A stretch of DNA of 62,108 nt. Origin: an uncultured SAR86 cluster bacterium (GTDB lineage Bacteria; Pseudomonadota; Gammaproteobacteria; Magnimaribacterales; D2472). Below, one piece after another: positions 54,715 through 62,108 of this stretch. The stretch spans positions 1 to 62,108 of the forward strand of contig CACDVW010000003.1 of assembly GCA_902556355.1 (NCBI GenBank), read 5' to 3'. The notes beneath the pieces are model-generated. The model worked only from the letters and a program-made list of their open reading frames with translations, searched no databases and had not been told where the DNA came from. Position numbers and translations under genes: made by a program. How positions within the stretch are numbered: position 1 is the stretch's first letter; every line of letters starts with the position of its first letter.

Positions 54715-55871
54715 TTAAAATTATTTACGGTATCATTTAGAAACTTATATCCTTGATCGGTTGCCTTAATTAAATTCTTTTCTATTAAACCCTTTTTATA
54801 ACCCATAAATAATTTTTCTTTAAAAGTATCGGGTATATAAACGCCTCTTTTTTTAAGATCTTTAAATGAAGTACCGTTTTTAATTCTCAAGACATTCATT
54901 GCAAGATCAAGATCATATGATGAGTCATCTATTTTAACCTTTGTTATCTTTGACGGATTATTGATATAAGATTCAACTTTTTTTAATTTAATCATCCTCG
55001 TTATTGAATTTTTTTCTGTAATTTTACTGTGAGCACCTGGACCTATACCGAGATAATCACCATATAGCCAATAATTCATATTATGTTTACTTACTTTGTT
55101 ATCTTTAGCCCATGATGAAACCTCATACTGAAAAATATTATTTCTATTGAGAATATCTTTTGCAGTCAATTCCATTGACTCTATGGTCTTATCAGATGGA
55201 ATATTTAATTCTTTTTTATAAAAAATTGTATTGGGTTCAATCGTTAGCTGGTACAGAGATAAGTGATCAATTTTATTTTTGCAGAATATTTCAATATCTT
55301 GTTTTATAGAATCAATTGATTGGTTCATAATTCCATAAATTAAATCAATTGAAATATTGATGTTTTTAAATCCAGAAGCAATTTTAATTGCTTGATAACT
55401 ATCATTAGCACTATGGTTTCTTTCTAAGCTACTTAAAACTTCTTGATCAAAACTTTGTATACCTATTGAAACTCTATTAACCCCAGCAGCAATAATTTCA
55501 TCTATATAAGAGTGAGTGACCTCTTTTGGATTTAGCTCAAAGCTTATTTCACATTCTTCTTTTAAAAGGTCCATATCTTTTAAATTTTTTATAATGCTTT
55601 TTATTATCTTTGAAGATACCAATGACGGGGTTCCGCCCCCAAAGTAAATAGAGCAGAATTTTCTTTTTTGAATATATTTCATTGAGTCTTTTAAATCCTG
55701 ATTAAGAACAACCAATAGCCTTTCTTCATCTCCATCTAATTTATTTGTATTGATATTGAAGTCACAGTAGGGACATCTTTTCTCGCACCAGGGCAGATGA
55801 ATATAAAGTGATATAGGTACTTTATTTGGATTAAAGTTTTTCAAGCTCTTTAATGAATGATTTTGCAGCAA
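54711..55871 (-). CDS. hemW: radical SAM heme chaperone HemW (HemN-like, oxygen-independent coproporphyrinogen oxidase family)
   Basis: LYIHLPWCEKRCPYCDFN and YFGGGTPS. It overlaps the rdgB 3' end by 41 nt. Confidence 0.9.
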   Translation of the reverse strand: MLQNHSLKSLKNFNPNKVPISLYIHLPWCEKRCPYCDFNINTNKLDGDEERLLVVLNQDLKDSMKYIQKRKFCSIYFGGGTPSLVSSKIIKSIIKNLKDMDLLKEECEISFELNPKEVTHSYIDEIIAAGVNRVSIGIQSFDQEVLSSLERNHSANDSYQAIKIASGFKNINISIDLIYGIMNQSIDSIKQDIEIFCKNKIDHLSLYQLTIEPNTIFYKKELNIPSDKTIESMELTAKDILNRNNIFQYEVSSWAKDNKVSKHNMNYWLYGDYLGIGPGAHSKITEKNSITRMIKLKKVESYINNPSKITKVKIDDSSYDLDLAMNVLRIKNGTSFKDLKKRGVYIPDTFKEKLFMGYKKGLIEKNLIKATDQGYKFLNDTVNNFN

Positions 55872-56427
55872 CGGCTCTGTGACTTATTTTATTTTTTTCT
55901 TCAGGATCAATAGAGGCCATAGATATATCATATCCATTTGGATAAAAAATTTTATCATAGCCAAAACCCCCATCGCCTGAACTTTTTGTTGATATTCTTC
56001 CATGAATTTCACCAACAGAGTAAAGAGGGATGGGATCTAAATCTGAGCGAACACCGACCAAGACACATATATAAAAGGCCTCAAGAGATGAGACATTTTT
56101 TTTGTTTAATTGATTAATAATTTTATCCCTATTATCTTTATCTGAGGCTCCTTCACCTGCATACCTTGCTGAATAGATTCCTGGTTCATAATCTAACCCT
56201 GGCACAACCAATCCAGAATCATCAGCAATTGTTAAGAGTCCTGATTTATTTGAACCATGTCTAGCTTTTTTTAATGCATTTTCAAAAAAAGAAATTCCGT
56301 CCTCAACAGCATCATCAATTCCCAAATCTTCTTGAGAGATAAAATCAAAGCCCTTAAAAATTTTTTTGAATTCCCTTATTTTTCCTTGATTAGATGAAGC
56401 AAGAAGAACTTTATTATTTTTTAGCAA
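55831..56427 (-). CDS. rdgB: XTP/dITP diphosphatase RdgB
   Basis: LASSNQGKIREF, DDSGL, GFGYD and HRA motifs. Confidence 0.92.
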   Translation of the reverse strand: MLKNNKVLLASSNQGKIREFKKIFKGFDFISQEDLGIDDAVEDGISFFENALKKARHGSNKSGLLTIADDSGLVVPGLDYEPGIYSARYAGEGASDKDNRDKIINQLNKKNVSSLEAFYICVLVGVRSDLDPIPLYSVGEIHGRISTKSSGDGGFGYDKIFYPNGYDISMASIDPEEKNKISHRAVAAKSFIKELEKL

Positions 56428-57007
56428 TTAGATAAATTCCCTCGGAGGCAAAAGTATTTGGAAATGCTGAAGCCATAGCGCTCTTAGCGCCTTTATCATT
56501 AAGAAAAAACCTTTCGTTAATAATAAAACCTTCTTCAAAACACAGTGTTTCAAAATCTTTGATTGTACAAAGATGTAAGTTTTTGGTTTCATACCAGCTT
56601 GATGGAAGATTAGGTGTAACCGGCATTCTGCCTTGGGCTAAATCAAGTCTACACTTCCAAAAACCTAAATTTGGGAGAGTAACAATGCATTGTTTTGACA
56701 GCTTTAGCATTTTTCTTAAAGCCAAGTGTGGTTCTTTAAGGCATTGAATTGAGCTTGCCATTACAGCAACATCAAAATTGCATGACTCAAAGTCTTGAAT
56801 ACCTTCGTCTATATCTTTTTCTATAACAGATATACCTTTAAGAATACATTCTTGGATTTTATTATGATCAATTTCTACACCATAGCCACGTATATTTTTT
56901 TCATCAATTAAGTCTTTCAATAAAGACCCATCACCACAACCAAAATCAATAACTTTGCTTTTTTCTGGAACCCATTTTTTTATGATATTTGTAAGCGAAG
57001 TATTCAT
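56414..57007 (-). CDS. metW: methionine biosynthesis protein MetW
   Basis: VIDFGCGDGSLL and TLPNLGFWKCRL, in the classic position downstream of metX. Confidence 0.9.
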   Translation of the reverse strand: MNTSLTNIIKKWVPEKSKVIDFGCGDGSLLKDLIDEKNIRGYGVEIDHNKIQECILKGISVIEKDIDEGIQDFESCNFDVAVMASSIQCLKEPHLALRKMLKLSKQCIVTLPNLGFWKCRLDLAQGRMPVTPNLPSSWYETKNLHLCTIKDFETLCFEEGFIINERFFLNDKGAKSAMASAFPNTFASEGIYLIAKK

Positions 57008-58101
57008 TTTGAATCTAAAAATCCCTTGATAATTGAAACGTATCTATCAGATGCAAATAAAAAACTATCATGACCTTGCTCGCCCTTTAGAACTACAAGT
57101 GAACATTCAACATCAACATTCATTGCGGCTAGTTGAATTTCTTTACTTCTTTTTGGTGGATATAACCAATCACTATCAAAACCAACTACTAATAACTTGG
57201 CTTTTATGCGCTTCATAACTTCCTCAAGGCTACCATTGCTAGAAAACGACGCATCATAACCATCCATTGCCTTAGTCATTAAAATATAGCTATTTGCATC
57301 AAATGTATCAGAAAACTTTTCACCTTTATATTGAAGATAATTTTCAACCTCATAGTCAACTGTTCCTTCTATTTTCGACTTTATATCTTGAAATTTTCTA
57401 CCAAATTTTTGATCCATAATATCTTCAGAAGAATATGTTATGTGACCAAGCATTCGTGCTGTCTTTAGCCCACTTTTTGGTTTTACATTATGATTAAGAT
57501 AATCACCATCCATAAAATTCTTATCTTTTCTTATAGCCTCTCTTCCAACCTCGTTCATAGCTATGTTTTGAGTACTAGATTTTGTTGCTGTTGCAAATAT
57601 ACCTGCTTTTTTAAGTTTGTTGGGATATGAAATAGCCCATTGAAGAGCTTGCATACCGCCAAGACTTCCGCCTGCAACCATATGCCATTTAGAAATACCT
57701 AAATAATCAGATAAAAGTTTTTGCGAGTTTACCCAGTCTGTTACCGAGACTAATGGAAAATCTTTCCCATATAATTCATTAGTTTCAGGATTAAGACTAA
57801 GTGGTCCAGATGAACCGGAGCAACCGCCTAAATTATTAGAACAAACAACAAAAAATTTATCGGTGTCAATTGCTTTTCCTGAACCAATAACTTCATCCCA
57901 CCAACCCAAAGCTTCGCTATCAGATGATTTGCCTGCAGCATGGTGATTTCCTGAAAATGCATGACATACTAAGATTGCATTATCTTTATCTTTATTCAGC
58001 TCACCATATGTCTCAACCATTAGATCAAATGTATTTAGTCTTGCTCCAGACTCTAGATCTAAGCCTTGATTAAACTTAATTAGCTCGGTTTTCGTTTTCA
58101 T
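57004..58101 (-). CDS. metX: homoserine O-acyltransferase MetX (acetyl versus succinyl specificity not decidable here)
   Basis: NAILVCHAFSGNHHAAG, nucleophile elbow GGSLGGMQALQW and the C-terminal GHDSFL. Confidence 0.95.
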   Translation of the reverse strand: MKTKTELIKFNQGLDLESGARLNTFDLMVETYGELNKDKDNAILVCHAFSGNHHAAGKSSDSEALGWWDEVIGSGKAIDTDKFFVVCSNNLGGCSGSSGPLSLNPETNELYGKDFPLVSVTDWVNSQKLLSDYLGISKWHMVAGGSLGGMQALQWAISYPNKLKKAGIFATATKSSTQNIAMNEVGREAIRKDKNFMDGDYLNHNVKPKSGLKTARMLGHITYSSEDIMDQKFGRKFQDIKSKIEGTVDYEVENYLQYKGEKFSDTFDANSYILMTKAMDGYDASFSSNGSLEEVMKRIKAKLLVVGFDSDWLYPPKRSKEIQLAAMNVDVECSLVVLKGEQGHDSFLFASDRYVSIIKGFLDSK

Positions 58102-58610
58102 ATAATTGATCTAATTATACTAGCTAGCAATATCTCTAACTGCCTTATTAGGATTAAGGCAAATATTGGAGAAAAATCAAGCCCGCCAGCAGAAGGTATA
58201 AATTTTCTAATTGGTGCTAGAAGTTTTGAAGAAATTTCTTCAATGATTTGCAGAATTGGGTGAGGGCTATTAGGAGCTACCCAACTAAGAATAACGGCCC
58301 CGATAACTGAAAAGAAAAAAATTGTAAGTGAAGTATTTAAAACCTCAATTAATGATATTAAGCCGAGGGTATATACATCATACTGAGATGAGTACAGAAT
58401 ATAAAAGTTAGAAAACCTAAGCAGAACAGCAATAATAAATATTGTATAAAGCTGATTTGAAAAAATGGATACTTTAGAAATAGGCTTGTAGATATTCACA
58501 AAACCCTTAACTATTGGATTATAGTAATCAATTTTCAGTAAATTAAAAATAAAAAGCAAAATGAATGCATAACTTAAAACTCCTAAACCTAGACTTAACA
58601 ATTCATTCAT
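58098..58610 (-). CDS. yggT: YggT family membrane protein
   Basis: Four TM helices. The position between proC and metX matches the conserved gammaproteobacterial yggS-proC-yggT neighbourhood. Confidence 0.7.
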   Translation of the reverse strand: MNELLSLGLGVLSYAFILLFIFNLLKIDYYNPIVKGFVNIYKPISKVSIFSNQLYTIFIIAVLLRFSNFYILYSSQYDVYTLGLISLIEVLNTSLTIFFFSVIGAVILSWVAPNSPHPILQIIEEISSKLLAPIRKFIPSAGGLDFSPIFALILIRQLEILLASIIRSII

Positions 58611-58612
58611 TT

Positions 58613-59404
58613 TTAGAACTCAACTGATATATCTCTAGCTCGCTTGATTGCTGCGGCTATCCCTTTTTCAAAATTTTGAGATAATTTTGATGATTTAAAA
58701 CTCTTTAAACCAGCTTCGGTTGTTCCTTTTTTTGAAGCAACTGAGGCAATTAGATCATCAAGATTACTATTATCATTAATTGAACATGAAACCCCTTCCA
58801 ATAAATTACAAATAATAGTATCTTTTTTTAATTTATCCCCATCGCAGAGTTTTAAGATTCTTTTTTCATATACTTTTAAAAGATAGAAGAAGTAGGCAGG
58901 ACCGCTGCCAATTAGTCCAGTAAAATCATCAATTTGATTCTCTTTGGTAATATCTATAGTAGTGCCTACTTTTTTAAATATTGAGGATACTTGATTAAAA
59001 GTTGTTTTATTTGCATTGCAATTACAGATGGCGGTTATGCCTTTATTGAATTGAGATGAGGTGTTTGGCATGGCTCTGATAAGTTCAATGTCTTGAAATT
59101 CAGATAAGTACTTATTTGATTTTATGCCAGCAACTAGGGATACAATTTTTGGTTTTTTCATTACAGCACATATTTCAGTATATGCATTCATAGCATCTTT
59201 TGGTTTGACTCCCAAAAAAATAATTGATTTTGTATCAATATTTTTTAGATTAGTTTTTGTTGCTCCGAGTTTTTTAGTTTTCCTTGAGTTTATTTTATTT
59301 CTATCAATAAACTCTATAAGATTTTTCTTATAGCCAGCCGATAGTAAACCCGATATTAGAGCTTGAGATATATTCCCTGATCCATAAAAAACTATTTTTT
59401 TCAT
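58613..59404 (-). CDS. proC: pyrroline-5-carboxylate reductase ProC
   Basis: IVFYGSGNISQALISGL, RAMPNT, and SKKGTTEAGL near the C-terminus. Confidence 0.9.
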   Translation of the reverse strand: MKKIVFYGSGNISQALISGLLSAGYKKNLIEFIDRNKINSRKTKKLGATKTNLKNIDTKSIIFLGVKPKDAMNAYTEICAVMKKPKIVSLVAGIKSNKYLSEFQDIELIRAMPNTSSQFNKGITAICNCNANKTTFNQVSSIFKKVGTTIDITKENQIDDFTGLIGSGPAYFFYLLKVYEKRILKLCDGDKLKKDTIICNLLEGVSCSINDNSNLDDLIASVASKKGTTEAGLKSFKSSKLSQNFEKGIAAAIKRARDISVEF

Positions 59405-60075
59405 TACCTTTTGCCAAAAATTAACTCACCAACTCTAATCATATTAGAGCCAGATACAATCGCGGTCTCAAAATCATTCGTTGTTCCCATCGATAAGTAT
59501 TCTGCATGAGGAAAAACTGATACCAGCTCTTCATGAAGTAATTTTGAGTCTTGCATCTGTTTTTTATTATTTTCACCCAAACTTGGGAGAACCATTATGC
59601 CTTTTAAATTAATATTTTCCATAGAATCAACATATTTAGCAAAAACCATAAGGTTTTCAGTATTAATTCCTGATTTTGTTGACTCATTTGAAATATTAAC
59701 TTGAATACAAGCATTTATAATTTTATTAATCTTTTTACATTCTTCATTAATTTTTTCTGCTATTTTTTTTCTATCAATTGTGTGTATCCAGTCAGCATAT
59801 TTAGCAATAATTTTTGCCTTATTAGATTGAAGAGGGCCTATAAAATGCCAGGATAGATTTTCATCAATATTATTGGCCTTTTCTTCAAGTTCTTGTGCAT
59901 AATTTTCTCCAAAGTTATTTATGCCTAAGTTTTGGGCCGTTCTAATATGCTCAATACTTTTTTTCTTTGATACTGCGATTAAAAAAATTTCATCTAAGTT
60001 TTTAGATACAGTTTTACTTGCTTTAGCAATCTTGAGTTCAAGAGAATTAATATTTGTTTCTAATTCTTTTCGCAT
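59404..60075 (-). CDS. yggS: PLP homeostasis protein YggS (YBL036C family)
   Basis: The LIAVSKKKS lysine, FGENYAQE, WHFIGPLQSNK and the MGTTNDFE-type C-terminus. Confidence 0.9.
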   Translation of the reverse strand: MRKELETNINSLELKIAKASKTVSKNLDEIFLIAVSKKKSIEHIRTAQNLGINNFGENYAQELEEKANNIDENLSWHFIGPLQSNKAKIIAKYADWIHTIDRKKIAEKINEECKKINKIINACIQVNISNESTKSGINTENLMVFAKYVDSMENINLKGIMVLPSLGENNKKQMQDSKLLHEELVSVFPHAEYLSMGTTNDFETAIVSGSNMIRVGELIFGKR

Positions 60076-60593
60076 AAGGTTCTCAATTGTGGATCAAAAC
60101 CCCTGTTTGTAATTTTTTCTTTTATGTTATTTGCAGCTGATCTGTTTTCATAGGGCCCAGTTATAACACTATGCAATAGCTTGCCAGGTTTTGAGCTGCT
60201 ATATATTTCATTAATGGTAATCAGCTCAATTTCATTAAGGATATCTTTTGCTTCATAGGCATATTTCTTATTGCCATATGCCCCAATTTGAACAAAGTAC
60301 TCGCAGGAAAGGAAATTTTCTTCTGATTCTGTTTCTATAAGAACAGAATTTTTAGCAAGAGATGTCGGAAAATCTATTTTAATTTTATTAGAACTTTCTC
60401 TTGGTTTAATGCTAGAAACGTCAGTATCAAAATATAGTAATGAAACAATTCCCAGAGCTAACGCTAACAATATAATTCCAAAAATTATGTTTTTTGATAT
60501 AAGAGGACTGTTATCTTTTTTAGATCTAAATACAGTTTTTTTTCTTGTGATGTTTCTTTTTCTAGATTTATTTCTTTTAGCGTAGTCTTTCAT
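60060..60593 (-). CDS. SPOR domain-containing membrane-anchored protein
   Basis: Basic N-terminus, one TM helix, and C-terminal YFVQIGAYGNKKYAYEAKDIL...ITGPYENRSAANNIKEKI typical of SPOR repeats. Confidence 0.6.
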   Translation of the reverse strand: MKDYAKRNKSRKRNITRKKTVFRSKKDNSPLISKNIIFGIILLALALGIVSLLYFDTDVSSIKPRESSNKIKIDFPTSLAKNSVLIETESEENFLSCEYFVQIGAYGNKKYAYEAKDILNEIELITINEIYSSSKPGKLLHSVITGPYENRSAANNIKEKITNRGFDPQLRTLCEKN

Positions 60594-60598
60594 GCCAT

Positions 60599-62108
60599 TT
60601 ACATTTTTTCTATTGGCTCTATCCCTAAAAGTTTGAGCCCGTTAGCAATTACTATTTTGGCTGCATTTAAACAAAAAACTATTGAATCTATATTTTCTTT
60701 AGATTCTGTTAAAACTTGATTATCGTTGTAAAAACTGTGGAAGCTATGAGCAAAGTCTTTTAAGTAGTAAATAATTAAATGAGGCTGTAGAGATATAGAT
60801 GCTCTTAAAACTACATGGGGGTATTTGCTCATTCCATGAATTAATTCATCACAATTATAATAAGAGCCGCCGCTTATAGCGCTTGCATTTTGTGGCATTG
60901 AGCCATGGCTATCAGTATATTTTCTTAATAACGAACATATTCGTGCATGAGCATATTGTATGTAATAGAAAATATTTTCTTTGCTATCTGCCTTAGCTAG
61001 GTCTAAATCAAAATCTAAATGCTGATCTGCTTGCTTTGAAAGATAATAAAATCTGGAGGCATCAGTACCAATTTCACCAATTAGGTCAGCCAAAGAATAG
61101 AAGTCACCAGATCTTGTAGACATTTTTACCTTATTTCCATCCTTGAAGAGATTTGCAAACTGCACAAGCTGGACATCTAATTTTTCTTTATCAAAGCCAA
61201 GACCTTCAATTGATGCTTCAATTCTTTTTATATAGCCGTGATGATCAGCTCCCCAAACATTTATTAATTTATCAAAGCCTCTATCTATCTTATCTTTATG
61301 GTAAGCAACATCGGATGCAAAATAAGTGGCTCTTCCATCATCTCTTATTAAAACTCTATTTTTATCATCACCACTTTTGCTAGTGTCTAACCAAATGGCG
61401 CCGTTATCTTCGTACGCAAGTTTACTTGTAACAAGGGTATCTATGGCTTTTTTAATTTTAGAATTTCTATCATCTAAACTCCCGAGACTGGATTCGCTAT
61501 ACCAATTGTCAAAAGATACATTAAAACTCTCAAGATCTTCTTTTATAGTTTTTAGAACCTCGTCTAAAGCAAAAGATTTTATTTCGGGCCATGCCTCATA
61601 GGTAGTTTTTATTCTAAGTATTAATTCATCTATTTCTTTTTCTTCATCTTTAGGTAAGTCTTTTATAAGAGCATGCCCATCAATATCTAGGTTGCAATTA
61701 TTTTTATCTCTGAATGCCATAGCAATTTCAGAAATATATGAGCCCTTGTATGCGTTTCTTGGAAAAAAATTATCTAACTCATTCTCAAAGATTCTTACAA
61801 ATACACTAGCTGTAAGAATATCCATTTGTCTTCCAGCATCATTGATATAGTATTCTTTCTGAACTTTATAGCCAGATGATGAGAGAATTCTGCCTATTGC
61901 ATCTCCGTAAGCAGCTCCTCTTCCATGCCCAACATGCAAAGGGCCGGTTGGATTTGCTGAAACGAACTCAATTTGAATTGATTTATCTTTCCCATAATCC
62001 GATTCACCAAATTTTTTTGAGTCCTCATTAATTTTATCGACCGTGGCAATAAAATCTGATCTTTTAAGAGTAACATTTATAAATCCGGGACCAGCAGATT
62101 CAATCTCG
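60599..62108 (-). CDS. argS: arginine--tRNA ligase ArgS, N-terminus outside window
   Basis: The reading frame stays open upstream of the track Met to the window edge. Hand translation gives EIESAGPGFINV...IEFVSANPTGPLHVGHGRG (HIGH motif), and the protein has the canonical C-terminal ...IEKM. Confidence 0.95.
   Translation of the reverse strand, partial: EIESAGPGFINVTLKRSDFIATVDKINEDSKKFGESDYGKDKSIQIEFVSANPTGPLHVGHGRGAAYGDAIGRILSSSGYKVQKEYYINDAGRQMDILTASVFVRIFENELDNFFPRNAYKGSYISEIAMAFRDKNNCNLDIDGHALIKDLPKDEEKEIDELILRIKTTYEAWPEIKSFALDEVLKTIKEDLESFNVSFDNWYSESSLGSLDDRNSKIKKAIDTLVTSKLAYEDNGAIWLDTSKSGDDKNRVLIRDDGRATYFASDVAYHKDKIDRGFDKLINVWGADHHGYIKRIEASIEGLGFDKEKLDVQLVQFANLFKDGNKVKMSTRSGDFYSLADLIGEIGTDASRFYYLSKQADQHLDFDLDLAKADSKENIFYYIQYAHARICSLLRKYTDSHGSMPQNASAISGGSYYNCDELIHGMSKYPHVVLRASISLQPHLIIYYLKDFAHSFHSFYNDNQVLTESKENIDSIVFCLNAAKIVIANGLKLLGIEPIEKM

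Noticed and set aside
61153-62076. ORFs 61153..61383 and 61326..61601 (plus strand) and 61894..62076 (minus strand, other frame).
   Set aside because: All are nested in argS. The argS frame itself continues open beyond the track Met at 61939 to the window edge and contains the HIGH motif.
1-62108. A scan for tRNA, rRNA, CRISPR repeats, transposase or integrase genes, and long direct or tandem repeats.
   Set aside because: No GTTCGAATC-type T-arm or cloverleaf-sized GC-rich gap was seen. No non-coding stretch exceeds about 190 nt, and no regularly spaced repeats or recombinase motifs were seen by eye. A computational scan (tRNAscan-SE, Infernal, minced) should confirm this.

Overview
This window is a 62.1 kb AT-rich bacterial chromosome segment. 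All homology calls were made by eye from the supplied translations, with no searches run. The gene content and order (typA, uvrD, lipB-lipA, rpoH, trmB, hemW-rdgB-metW-metX-yggT-proC-yggS, argS) look like a streamlined, probably marine, gammaproteobacterium; that is an inference. Most of the window is tightly packed housekeeping and small-molecule metabolism: methyltransferases, an aldo-keto reductase, VOC proteins, fatty-acid hydroxylases, crotonases, an ALDH7-like plus saccharopine-dehydrogenase-like pair, an M20 amidohydrolase and a TRAP transporter. I saw no rRNA, tRNA, CRISPR array, integrase or transposase. The outlier is a roughly 10.6 kb, visibly more AT-rich block (37130..47784) between lipA and the TRAP permease genes dctM/dctQ. 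It holds a 1249-aa Lys/Asn-rich protein with no motif I can recognise. This gene diverges, across an intergenic region carrying a perfect 22-bp palindrome, from a 9-gene plus-strand operon. The operon encodes three tiny proteins (one missing from the ORF track), a TM-anchored coiled-coil protein, a 579-aa polytopic coiled-coil protein, two small proteins, a membrane-anchored D5_N/SF3-helicase-like P-loop ATPase and an HExxH metallopeptidase-like protein. The ATPase and the peptidase share a paralogous N-terminal 4-TM module. This block is my candidate for an undescribed defence-like or cryptic mobile system. Smaller observations are listed separately: a split TRAP system, an Mpo1-like/hydroxylase/DUF3445 cluster, XRE-plus-membrane modules, a Cys-rich miniprotein and several unlisted small ORFs.
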